This document shows positions 9,352 through 17,955 of a DNA stretch of 64,000 nucleotides, in pieces. Below the pieces are notes generated by a model. It was not told where the DNA came from. It made no database searches and worked only from the letters and a program-made list of their open reading frames with translations. Position 1 is the first letter of the stretch. Each line of letters begins with the position of its first letter. Origin of the DNA: Rhodospirillaceae bacterium (GTDB taxonomy: Bacteria; Pseudomonadota; Alphaproteobacteria; Rhodospirillales; Casp-alpha2). The stretch lies in assembly GCA_038125725.1 (NCBI GenBank), contig JAYPEK010000007.1, positions 52,139-116,138 on the forward strand, read 5' to 3'. A program made the translations under genes and the position numbers.

Positions 9352-9870
9352 ATGGTCGCTGAAGCCAAGGAAGTGGGCCCGAACCGCTATCGGGAATCGT
9401 ACGGACGTTATCTGGAAGACTTCAACATCGGCGATATCTACGAGCACCGCCCGGGCCGCACGATCTCCGAGACCGACAACACCTGGTTCACGCTGTTGAC
9501 CATGAACCAGCATCCGGTGCACTTCGACGCCGAGTATGCATCGAAGAGCGAGTTCGGCCAGATGCTGGTGAACTCCTGCCTGACGCTTTCCATCGTCGCC
9601 GGCATGAGCGTCTCCGACGTCAGCCAAAAGAATATCGCCAACCTGGGCTGGACCGATATCAAGCTGCCGAACCCGGTGTTCGTCGGCGATACGCTGACGG
9701 CGGAATCGGAAGTGCTGGCCAAGCGCGAGTCGAAATCCCGCCCGACGCAGGGCATCGTCACTATCCGCACCACCGGCTTCAAGCAGGGCGGCGTCAAGGT
9801 GATGGAATTCGAACGCACCATGCTGGTGCCGAAGCGCGGCCATGCCGTCGACGATATCGCCGACTACTGA
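9352..9870 (+). CDS. MaoC-like (R-specific) enoyl-CoA hydratase/dehydratase, hot-dog fold
   Basis: 172-aa ORF with RBS AGAGGGACGAGG. MaoC dehydratase-like sequence (DFNIGDIYEH..GRTISETDN..F..LT.N.HP.H). Confidence 0.8.
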   Translation: MVAEAKEVGPNRYRESYGRYLEDFNIGDIYEHRPGRTISETDNTWFTLLTMNQHPVHFDAEYASKSEFGQMLVNSCLTLSIVAGMSVSDVSQKNIANLGWTDIKLPNPVFVGDTLTAESEVLAKRESKSRPTQGIVTIRTTGFKQGGVKVMEFERTMLVPKRGHAVDDIADY

Positions 9871-9880
9871 GGACAATATC

Positions 9881-11020
9881 TTGAACGAAGAAGAAGCCCT
9901 GATCCTCGACGCCGTCGACCAGTTCCTGGAACGCGATGTCAGGCCTTACGTGCATGCGCTGGAAGCCGCCGACGAATACCCGGCCGACATCGTTGAGGCG
10001 ATGAAGGAACTGGGCCTGTTCGGCGCCACCATCGGCGCCGAATACGGCGGGCTTGGCTTGGGTGCCTCGACCTATTCCAAGATCGTCGAGCGGGTTTCGG
10101 CGGTCTGGATGTCGGTCTCGGGCATCTTCAATTCGCACCTGATCATGTGCGCCGCCGTCGAGCGCTTCGGCGACGAGGAGATGAAGCGCCACTATCTGCC
10201 GAAGTTCGCCTCGGGCGAGATGCGGGGCGCCATCGCGCTGACCGAACCCGACTGCGGCACCGATTTGCAGGGCATTCGCACGCGTGCCGTCAAGGACGGC
10301 GACGATTACGTTATCAACGGCAACAAGATGTGGATCACCAACTCGGTGCAGGGCCACGTGCTCGCCTGCCTGGTCAAGACCGACCCGGACGCCGAACCGG
10401 CGCACCGGGGCATGAGCCTTTTTCTGGTCGAGAAGGAATGGGGCTACGAGGCGAGCAAGCTGAAGAAGCTCGGCTACCGGGGCGTCGATACCGGCGAGGT
10501 GCGTTTCGACAACGTCCGCGTGCCGGCGAAAAACCTGATCGGCGGCGCCGAGGGACGCGGCCTGCAACAGATTCTTTCCGGCCTCGAACTCGGGCGCATC
10601 AACGTTGCCGCGCGCGGCGTCGGCGTGGCCAGGGCGTGCCTGGAGGAAAGCGTTGCCTACGCCCAGACCCGCAAGACTTTCGGCAAGCCCATCTGCCAGC
10701 ACCAGTCAATCCAGATTAAGCTCGCCGACATGGCGACCAAGGTGGAGGCGGCCAGGCTGCTGGTCGAGCAGGCGGCGGCGGCCTACGACACCGGCGCGCG
10801 CTGCGACATGGAGGCCGGCATGGCGAAACTGTTCGCCACCGAGGCGGCGGTGGAAAATTCCATCGAAGCCATGCGCCTGCACGGCGCCTACGGCTATTCG
10901 CCGGAATACAACATCGAACGCTACTACCGCGATGCGCCGTTGCTGGCCATCGGCGAGGGCACCAACGAATTGCAGCGGATCATCATCTCGCGCCAGTTGG
11001 TCGAGCGGAACCCGGTGTAA
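9881..11020 (+). CDS. Acyl-CoA dehydrogenase
   Basis: ACAD N, M and C domains, including the C-terminal YRDAPLLAIGEGTNELQ motif. The likely TTG start at 9881 follows a GAGGA RBS. The ORF-track start at 9842 is an alternative. Confidence 0.85.
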   Translation: MNEEEALILDAVDQFLERDVRPYVHALEAADEYPADIVEAMKELGLFGATIGAEYGGLGLGASTYSKIVERVSAVWMSVSGIFNSHLIMCAAVERFGDEEMKRHYLPKFASGEMRGAIALTEPDCGTDLQGIRTRAVKDGDDYVINGNKMWITNSVQGHVLACLVKTDPDAEPAHRGMSLFLVEKEWGYEASKLKKLGYRGVDTGEVRFDNVRVPAKNLIGGAEGRGLQQILSGLELGRINVAARGVGVARACLEESVAYAQTRKTFGKPICQHQSIQIKLADMATKVEAARLLVEQAAAAYDTGARCDMEAGMAKLFATEAAVENSIEAMRLHGAYGYSPEYNIERYYRDAPLLAIGEGTNELQRIIISRQLVERNPV

Positions 11021-11024
11021 TCGG

Positions 11025-12212
11025 ATGGCGCTTCCTCTCGAAGGTGTCCGTGTCCTCACGGTCGAACAGTACGGCGCCGGCCCGTTCGGCACGCAGTTCC
11101 TCTCCGACCAGGGCGCCGAGGTCATCAAGATCGAAAGCCCCGCCATGGGTGGCGACTACGCGCGCAACGTCGGGCCCTATTTTTTCACCGACGAGCACTC
11201 GCAGTTCTTCCATTCCTTCAACAGGAACAAGAAGAGCCTGACGCTCGACATCACCACGCCCGACGGCAGGGAGGTGTTCCACGATTTGGTGAAGACGGCG
11301 GACGCGGTGACGTCGAACGCGCGCGGCGACGTGCCGGCGCGCCTGGGACTCCTGTATAACGACCTCAAAGGCTTCAACCCGAAGATCGTCTGCGCGCATC
11401 TCTCGGCCTATGGGCGCTCAGGATCACGCGCCAACTGGCCCGGATTCGATTATCTGATGCAGGCGGAGACCGGCTATTTCTCGCTCACCGGCGAGCAGGG
11501 CACGCCGCCGGCGCGCATGGGGCTTTCCATCGTCGATCTGATGACCGGCCTGGGGCTCGCCTACGCCACCACCATCGCCATCCTGAATGCGCGCGAAACC
11601 GGCATCGGCCGCGACATGGACGTCAGCCTGTTCGACATGGCGCTCTTCAACCTCTGCTACCCCGGCACCTGGTATCTGAATTCCGGCCACGTGCAGGACC
11701 GCGAGCCGCGGTCCGGCCATCCCTCCTTGGTGCCTTGCGCGCTCTACAAGACCAAGGACGGCTGGGTCTATCTCATGTGCAACAAGGAGAAGTTCTGGCC
11801 GGCACTCTGCACCGCCATCGGCCGCGACGAATGGTCGGACGACCCGCGCTTCCGCACTTTCAAGGAGCGCCTGGAGAACCGCGCCCTGATCCAGGACCTC
11901 TTGGACGAGGAACTGAGCGCCAAGACCACCGCCGAATGGCTGGAGATTTTCGCCGGCAGCGTCCCCGCCGCGCCGATCTACGACGTGCAGCAGGCGCTCG
12001 ACAACCCCTTCGTCGCCGAACGCGGCCTGATCCAGAACGTCGATATCGAGGGCTTCAGCACCGCGCGGCTGATCGACACGCCGATCCGTTCCGGCGAGCC
12101 GACGCCGGCCAATCCGGCGCCGACGCTAGGCCAGCACACCGACGATCTGTTGTCGGACCTCGGCTATGATGCCGACAAGCTGGCGAAGCTCCGCAAGGAC
12201 GGCGTGATCTAA
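11025..12212 (+). CDS. Family III CoA-transferase (CaiB/BaiF)
   Basis: ATG at 11025 (MALPLEGVRVLTVEQYGAGPFGTQFLSDQGAEVIKIE...). This is a classic CaiB/BaiF N-terminus. About 396 aa. Confidence 0.85.
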   Translation: MALPLEGVRVLTVEQYGAGPFGTQFLSDQGAEVIKIESPAMGGDYARNVGPYFFTDEHSQFFHSFNRNKKSLTLDITTPDGREVFHDLVKTADAVTSNARGDVPARLGLLYNDLKGFNPKIVCAHLSAYGRSGSRANWPGFDYLMQAETGYFSLTGEQGTPPARMGLSIVDLMTGLGLAYATTIAILNARETGIGRDMDVSLFDMALFNLCYPGTWYLNSGHVQDREPRSGHPSLVPCALYKTKDGWVYLMCNKEKFWPALCTAIGRDEWSDDPRFRTFKERLENRALIQDLLDEELSAKTTAEWLEIFAGSVPAAPIYDVQQALDNPFVAERGLIQNVDIEGFSTARLIDTPIRSGEPTPANPAPTLGQHTDDLLSDLGYDADKLAKLRKDGVI

Positions 12213-13168
12213 AACCGCTCCCTGAGCCAGTCCGACACCATGCGCCAGATTTCGGCCGAGTTGTCGTCCATCATCGGGCAATGAGAGTTGCCCATGATGC
12301 CCATGGCCGGCAGGTCGATGACATCGACCCGGCCGCCGGCGGCAGTGACGGCATCCAGGTAACGCTCCACCTCGGCCCGGTATTCCTGCCAGCGCGGCGA
12401 CTGCGCGAAGAAATCGCCCCAGACCACCAGATGCGGGATGTCCGCGTTGGCGCCGACATCGTCGAAGTCCGGCGCGCCGGAGGGTTCCACCAGTACCAGC
12501 GCCTTGGCGTGGCCGGGCACGGCCAGCGTCGTTTCGATGGCCATGCCGCCGCCCTGGCTATGGGCCATGACGATGCATTCGGGGAAGCGTTCCAGATAGG
12601 CGCGGTAGGCGCGTTTGACGCGGTCCACCAGCGCCGGCCAGCGCGGCACGAACTGCCGGGCCAGCGTGTCGTAGGCGGCCATGGGGAAGCGCTGGCCTGG
12701 GAAGATTTGGCGCGCCACCGGGTCGGTGGCGTAGCCGCCGACGGGCCCCATGCGGAAGACGTCCCACGACAGTTCCTTCGGCCGGAACACCACGTCCATG
12801 CCGTTGACGGCATCCGGCGGCGGAGCGGCGCGGCCGCGCTCCATGGCGTCGGAGACGTAGACGTCGAAGCCGTCGCGCAGCGCCAGTTCCAGCCAGCCGG
12901 GGCGGCCGTCTGGGGTGGTTTCCCAGGTGACGCCGGTCATGCCGCCGCCGTGCCACATCATCAGCGGCAGGGAAGTATCGTCTTCGGCGCCGAGAAAGCC
13001 CTGCACGTACATCTGTCCGGTCTCGTAGTCGCCGGCCTGCTGCAAGGGCCGGGCGACGCTGCCCATGGCCAGCGCCACGTTGCCGGTCGGCGGCAGGTCC
13101 AGGTGCACGCTTTCGGCGCCGACGAAGAAGCTGTTGAGGCCGCGCAGGCGGAAGGTCGTTGCAGTCAT
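12209..13168 (-). CDS. Alpha/beta hydrolase
   Basis: Internal ATG (complement of 13166..13168) follows an AAGGGGAG RBS (MTATTFRLRG...). It has an AHSQGG nucleophile-elbow-like motif. The 3' end overlaps the convergent CoA-transferase stop by 4 nt. Confidence 0.7.
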   Translation of the reverse strand: MTATTFRLRGLNSFFVGAESVHLDLPPTGNVALAMGSVARPLQQAGDYETGQMYVQGFLGAEDDTSLPLMMWHGGGMTGVTWETTPDGRPGWLELALRDGFDVYVSDAMERGRAAPPPDAVNGMDVVFRPKELSWDVFRMGPVGGYATDPVARQIFPGQRFPMAAYDTLARQFVPRWPALVDRVKRAYRAYLERFPECIVMAHSQGGGMAIETTLAVPGHAKALVLVEPSGAPDFDDVGANADIPHLVVWGDFFAQSPRWQEYRAEVERYLDAVTAAGGRVDVIDLPAMGIMGNSHCPMMDDNSAEIWRMVSDWLRERF

Positions 13169-13243
13169 GGGACTCCCCTTGTTTCCCCCGATACCGCTAG
13201 AATAAGCGACACCGCCCCGCCGACCAACCCAAGAGGTGCTCCC

Positions 13244-13573
13244 ATGCCGTCCGTCGCCGTGCATTTCCATCCCAACCAGACCGCGATCTCGGACGGCTTT
13301 CCCGCCTTTGCCGATGCCGTCGCCGGCGCCATCCTCGATTGCCTCGGCGCCGAGCGCGACAAGGTGCAGATCATGGCGTTGCCGCTCGTGCATCCGCCCA
13401 TCGGCCGCGACGTCTATATCGAGATCAAGGCGCGCGCCAACGAGCAGCGTTCGGAAGCGGTGCTGGCGGATTTCGTCGGCCGCGTCGATGCGCTCTCGCG
13501 CCAGCACCTGGGTGCGGTCAGCCGCATCCGCTACTTCGCCTATCCCGGCAGCTTCCTGGCCGCCGCCAACTGA
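13244..13573 (+). CDS. Small protein, possibly of the tautomerase / CHMI-like superfamily
   Basis: ATG at 13244 follows an AAGAGGTG RBS and gives MPSVAVHF..., i.e. Pro directly after Met as in tautomerase-superfamily enzymes. 109 aa. The family assignment is tentative. Confidence 0.45.
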   Translation: MPSVAVHFHPNQTAISDGFPAFADAVAGAILDCLGAERDKVQIMALPLVHPPIGRDVYIEIKARANEQRSEAVLADFVGRVDALSRQHLGAVSRIRYFAYPGSFLAAAN

Positions 13574-13612
13574 TCCGGCCCCGCAAGCTTGACGAAAGCC
13601 GTGACTCCGAAG

Positions 13613-13636
13613 TTAATATAAGCTAGCTTACATTAA
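13613..13636. promoter_or_regulatory. Candidate MarR operator overlapping a putative -10 element
   Basis: TTAATATAAGCTAGCTTACATTAA is a 24-bp palindrome with one mismatched pair. Its core TAAGCTAGCTTA is a perfect 12-bp palindrome. TTGACG at 13589..13594 lies 18 nt upstream of TTAATA. The site ends 26 nt upstream of the marR start. Confidence 0.6.
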
Positions 13637-13661
13637 TCTAGCACAACAACCTAGGGTCATT

Positions 13662-14138
13662 ATGGACGCCCAAATGGAAGACCGCCACGACGAGACGCTG
13701 GGCAACCTGGTCACCGACCTCTCGCGGGTCATGACCAAGCGATTCGACCGCCGCGCGCGCGAACTGGGCCTGACCCGCGCGCAGTGGCGGGTGCTGCTCA
13801 GGCTTCGCAACCGCCAGGGCGTCAACCAATCCACCCTGGCGGAACTGTTGGGCATTGAGCCCATCACCCTGGCGCGTCACATCGACCGCTTGCAGGAGAA
13901 GGGCTGGCTCGAACGCCGCGCCGACCCGAACGACCGCCGGGTGTGGCTTTTGTATTTGGACGACAGCGTGCAGGGCGTGCTCGACGATATGCAGGAGATT
14001 TCCGACTGGAACCGCGACACCGCGCTCAGGGGCTTCAGCGACGCCGACCGCGAGCAACTGGTGGCCGCGCTCAGACGCGCCAAGGACAACCTGGCCGATG
14101 CGGAACGCGAGGAAGCGGCGGGAGGGCGCCATGACTGA
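13662..14138 (+). CDS. MarR-family transcriptional regulator
   Basis: 158-aa winged-helix MarR signature (LGLTRAQWRVLLRL...NQSTLAELLGIEPITLARHIDRLQEKGWLERR.DPNDRR). It overlaps the following gene by 8 nt. Confidence 0.9.
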   Translation: MDAQMEDRHDETLGNLVTDLSRVMTKRFDRRARELGLTRAQWRVLLRLRNRQGVNQSTLAELLGIEPITLARHIDRLQEKGWLERRADPNDRRVWLLYLDDSVQGVLDDMQEISDWNRDTALRGFSDADREQLVAALRRAKDNLADAEREEAAGGRHD

Positions 14139-15246
14139 AGAAACCACCGGCACCGAAGCTCTACCGCCGAGGCGGCGCGGCCGGCGTCTGCTCCGGCTGT
14201 TGACGGTCGGATTCATCAGCATCCTGGGGCCTCTCGCCATCGCCGCCGGCGCCTTCTACGTCTACGCCACCGGCGGGCGCTACGCATCGACGGAAAATGC
14301 CTACGTGAAGGCCGACAAGATCGCCGTCAGTGCCGATGTGTCGGGGCGGGTAACCGGCGTCGGCGTCGCCGAGAACGAGGCGGTCGAGAAGGGCCAGCTC
14401 TTGTTCCAGGTCGACCCCGAACCGTTCCAGATCCGCTTGGCCGAGGCCGAGGCCCGCATCGCCGCCGCGCGCCAGGAGATCGCCGCGCTGAAGGCCGAAT
14501 ACCGCCAGAAACTCGCCGAACGCCGCGAGGTCGAAGGGGAGGTCGCGTTCCTGCGGCGCGGCGTCGAACGCCAGCGCAAGCTGCACGACAAGGGCTTCGC
14601 CTCGGAAAGCAAGCTCGACGATGCCGAACACGAGCTCAAGGCCGCCAAGGACCGGCTTCCCGCCATCGACCAGGACCTGGCCCGCGTCCGCGCGCGCTTG
14701 GGCGGCGACGTCGGCATCGAGATCAATACCCACCCGACGGTGCTGGAAGCCATGCTGGCGCGGGACGCCGCATCGCTGCAACTGCGCAAGACCCAGGTCT
14801 ATGCGCCGGGTGCGGGCATCGTCACCAATTTCGGGCTGGAGGTCGGCGAATACATCCAGGCCGGCGCGCCGGTGTTCAGCCTGGTCGGTGCCGACAAGGT
14901 TTGGGTGCGGGCCAACTACAAGGAAACCGACCTCACCCACGTGCGTGTCGGCCAGATGGCGTCCTTGACGGTGGATACCTATCCCGATGTTTCGTTCCAG
15001 GCGCGCGTCGCCTCCATCGCGCCGGCGACGGGCTCCGAGTTCGCGCTGCTGCCGCCGCAGAACGCGTCCGGCAACTGGGTCAAGGTGGTGCAGCGCCTGC
15101 CGGTGCGGCTCGAACTGGTCAGCCCCTACAAGGGACCGAAGCTGCGCGCCGGCATGAGCGTCATCGTCGAGATCGACACCGGCCACAAACGCAAGCTTCC
15201 GGGCATCGTCTCCCAGGCCATGGCCTGGGTGAACGAACGGCTGTAG
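14131..15246 (+). CDS. emrA: HlyD/EmrA-family membrane fusion (periplasmic adaptor) protein
   Basis: ATG at 14131 (MTEETTG...). It has an N-terminal TM helix, a coiled-coil region and a beta-barrel region typical of EmrA-like adaptors. Confidence 0.85.
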   Translation: MTEETTGTEALPPRRRGRRLLRLLTVGFISILGPLAIAAGAFYVYATGGRYASTENAYVKADKIAVSADVSGRVTGVGVAENEAVEKGQLLFQVDPEPFQIRLAEAEARIAAARQEIAALKAEYRQKLAERREVEGEVAFLRRGVERQRKLHDKGFASESKLDDAEHELKAAKDRLPAIDQDLARVRARLGGDVGIEINTHPTVLEAMLARDAASLQLRKTQVYAPGAGIVTNFGLEVGEYIQAGAPVFSLVGADKVWVRANYKETDLTHVRVGQMASLTVDTYPDVSFQARVASIAPATGSEFALLPPQNASGNWVKVVQRLPVRLELVSPYKGPKLRAGMSVIVEIDTGHKRKLPGIVSQAMAWVNERL

Positions 15247-15258
15247 CGGACGCCTGTC

Positions 15259-16791
15259 ATGCCGGCGGAAGCCGCGAGAATCCAATACAAGGGTGCAAGA
15301 AAGGCACTGATCACCGCCGCGCTCTGCACAGGCCCGGTGATGCAGGTGCTCGATACCACCGTGGTCGCCGTGGCGCTCAACCACATGCAGGGCTCGCTCT
15401 CCGCCGCGCAGGACCAGATGGCCTGGGTGCTGACGTCGTATCTGATGTCGTTGGCGGTGGCGACGCCCTTGTGGGGCGTGCTGGTGCAGTATTTCAGCCG
15501 CAAGAACCTGTTCATCTTTTCCATCATCTGTTTCGCCTTCACGTCGCTCCTGAGCGGCACCGCCGATTCGCTGACCGAACTGCTGATCTACCGTGCCATC
15601 CAGGGTCTGTTCGGTGCCGCGCTGATCCCGCTGTCGCAGGCGTCCCTGATGGATGTCTACGAGCCCAAGGACTACGGCATCGCCATGGGCTGGTGGGGGG
15701 TGGGGCTGATGTTCGGGCCGGTGTTCGGGCCGACGATGGGCGGCTACCTGACCGAATTCTATTCCTGGCGCTGGGCCTTCTTCATCAACGTGCCGCTGGG
15801 GATTATCTCGGTGATCGCGGTCTGGCTGTTCGTGCCGCAGACGGCGGCGCGGCGCCAGCGGCCGTTCAATTACGTCGGCTATATCGCGCTGGCGCTGGTG
15901 CTCGGCTGCGTGCAGTTCACCCTCGACCGGGGGCAGCGCTACGACTGGCTCGATTCCACCGTCATCGTCACGCTCTTGTGCGTCGCCGGCGGCGCGCTCT
16001 GGGTGTTCATCGTCAATTCCATGACCTCCGAACATCCGTTCATCGACCCGGCGATCCTGCGCAACGTCAATTTCGCCATCGGCTTGGTGCTGCGCGCGGT
16101 GTTCGGCATCCTCTTGTTCGGCGCGCTGATCCTGATCCCGCCCTATCTGCAGAAGATCGCCGGCTATCCGGTGGTGGAGACCGGAATACTAATGGCGCCC
16201 CGGGGGATCGCCACCATGGTCTCGGCCATCGCGGTCGGCTGGATCGACAAGTATGCCGATCCGCGCCTGGTGATCATCGCCGGCGCCGTCATGGCCGGGT
16301 TTTCGGCCTGGGAGATGTCATTGCTGACACCCGACGCCCCGGCCTCGACCATCATCACGCTGATCGTCATCCAGGGCATCGGCACGTCGTGTTTCTTCGT
16401 GCCGCTGAATTCGCTCGCCTTCGCCGACCTCAACGCCGACCAGCGCGACCAGGGAACGTCGTTCTTCGCGCTGTTGGGCAATATCGGGCGTTCCGTCGGC
16501 ATCGCCATCCTGTCGACCTATCTGGTCTACGGCGCCCAGACCACCAAATCGGAACTGGTGGAGTTCGCCACGCCCTATAACGATACCCTCAACCATGTCC
16601 CCAATCCGGACGCTTGGTCGTTCTCCAGCTTGGAGGGGCTGGCCCGGCTGAATGCCGCGGTGGCGCGCCAGGCCGAGGTGCTTTCCTACGTGATGGATTT
16701 CCAGCTCCTGGCGGCGATGCTGTTCGCCTGCATCCCGCTGGTGATGATGATGCGGGTGAAAAAGAAGGTGAAGGCGCCGCAACCCGCATAA
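15259..16791 (+). CDS. emrB: MFS drug efflux transporter, DHA2 (EmrB/QacA) family
   Basis: 510-aa, roughly 14-TM ORF with DHA2-like motifs (LDTTVVAVAL, GWRWAFFINVPLG). Confidence 0.85.
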   Translation: MPAEAARIQYKGARKALITAALCTGPVMQVLDTTVVAVALNHMQGSLSAAQDQMAWVLTSYLMSLAVATPLWGVLVQYFSRKNLFIFSIICFAFTSLLSGTADSLTELLIYRAIQGLFGAALIPLSQASLMDVYEPKDYGIAMGWWGVGLMFGPVFGPTMGGYLTEFYSWRWAFFINVPLGIISVIAVWLFVPQTAARRQRPFNYVGYIALALVLGCVQFTLDRGQRYDWLDSTVIVTLLCVAGGALWVFIVNSMTSEHPFIDPAILRNVNFAIGLVLRAVFGILLFGALILIPPYLQKIAGYPVVETGILMAPRGIATMVSAIAVGWIDKYADPRLVIIAGAVMAGFSAWEMSLLTPDAPASTIITLIVIQGIGTSCFFVPLNSLAFADLNADQRDQGTSFFALLGNIGRSVGIAILSTYLVYGAQTTKSELVEFATPYNDTLNHVPNPDAWSFSSLEGLARLNAAVARQAEVLSYVMDFQLLAAMLFACIPLVMMMRVKKKVKAPQPA

Positions 16792-16859
16792 GCGGGCATT
16801 CCGGGCGTGACCCGTTGCTTCCCCGGCGCTATAGGAATAGGCGCTTCGAGACAACGCGG

Positions 16860-17945
16860 ATGGGAGACGACCAAGTGAAGATTCTGGTATTGCCGGGCGA
16901 CGGCATCGGCCCCGAGATCACCGACGCCACCTGCCGGGCCTTGGAGGCGCTGGATGCGCGCTACGGGCTCGGCTTCGACATGGTGCGGCGCGAGATCGGC
17001 CTCAAGGCCCATTACGAGGTCGGCTCGACCATGTCGGACGAGATCATGGCCGAAATCGCCGAGACCGAGGCGACCATCCTGGGTCCCACCGACACCTATG
17101 CCTACCCGGACGAGGCCAAGGGCGGGCGGCGCCCGTCGAAGGCGGTGCGGACAACCTTCGATCTCTATGCCAACGTGCGCCCGTCGCGTAACCGCCCTGG
17201 CGTGCCGGCCATGGCCGAGAACATGGACCTGGTGGTGGTGCGCGAAAACACCGAGGGCTTCTACGCCGACCGCAACATGTTCATGGGCGGTGGCGAGTTC
17301 ATGCCGACCCCCGACGTGGCGCTGTCGGTGCGCAAGATTACCGCCGAGGGCTCGCGCCGCATCGCCAAGGTGGCCTTCGACCTGGCCCGTCAGCGCCGCA
17401 AGAAGGTAACCGCCGTGCACAAGGCCAACGTTCTGCAGATGACCGACGGGCTGTTCCTGCGCGAGGTCCGCGCCGTTGCCGAGGGCTATCCCGACGTGGA
17501 GGTCGAGGAACTGATCATCGATGCCATGACCGCGCACCTGATCCGCCGCCCCGCCGACTTTGACGTCATCCTGACCACCAACATGTACGGCGATATCCTC
17601 TCCGATCAGTGCGCGGAAATGTCGGGCGGCCTCGGTTTCGGGCCGTCGGTCAATGCCGGCGACGAGCACGCGGTGGCGCAGGCGGCGCACGGCTCGGCGC
17701 CGGACATCGCCGGCCAGGACATCGCCAACCCGACGGCACTGATGCTGTCGGCCAGCATGCTGCTCAATTGGATTGCCGGCCGCCATGGCGACAACCAGTT
17801 GGCCGCCGCCGCCGCGCACATGGAGAAGGCCGTCGATCATGCGCTCGGCGCCCCCGCCACCCAAACCAAGGACGTCGGCGGCCCCCTGGGCACCAAGGCC
17901 TTCGGCGAGGCCGTCGCCAAAGCCATCGAAACCCTGCCAGAGTGA
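16860..17945 (+). CDS. Isocitrate / isopropylmalate / tartrate dehydrogenase family (beta-decarboxylating dehydrogenase)
   Basis: KILVLPGDGIGPEI N-terminus, plus NMYGDILSD and GSAPDIAG motifs. The start is either ATG 16860 or GTG 16875, the latter after a GGGAGA RBS. Confidence 0.85.
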   Translation: MGDDQVKILVLPGDGIGPEITDATCRALEALDARYGLGFDMVRREIGLKAHYEVGSTMSDEIMAEIAETEATILGPTDTYAYPDEAKGGRRPSKAVRTTFDLYANVRPSRNRPGVPAMAENMDLVVVRENTEGFYADRNMFMGGGEFMPTPDVALSVRKITAEGSRRIAKVAFDLARQRRKKVTAVHKANVLQMTDGLFLREVRAVAEGYPDVEVEELIIDAMTAHLIRRPADFDVILTTNMYGDILSDQCAEMSGGLGFGPSVNAGDEHAVAQAAHGSAPDIAGQDIANPTALMLSASMLLNWIAGRHGDNQLAAAAAHMEKAVDHALGAPATQTKDVGGPLGTKAFGEAVAKAIETLPE

Positions 17946-17955
17946 GAAACGCGAC

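Noticed and set aside
14161-16035. 624-aa minus-strand ORF
   Set aside because: It is antisense to the emrA and emrB-like genes. It has no domain signatures and a shadow-ORF composition.
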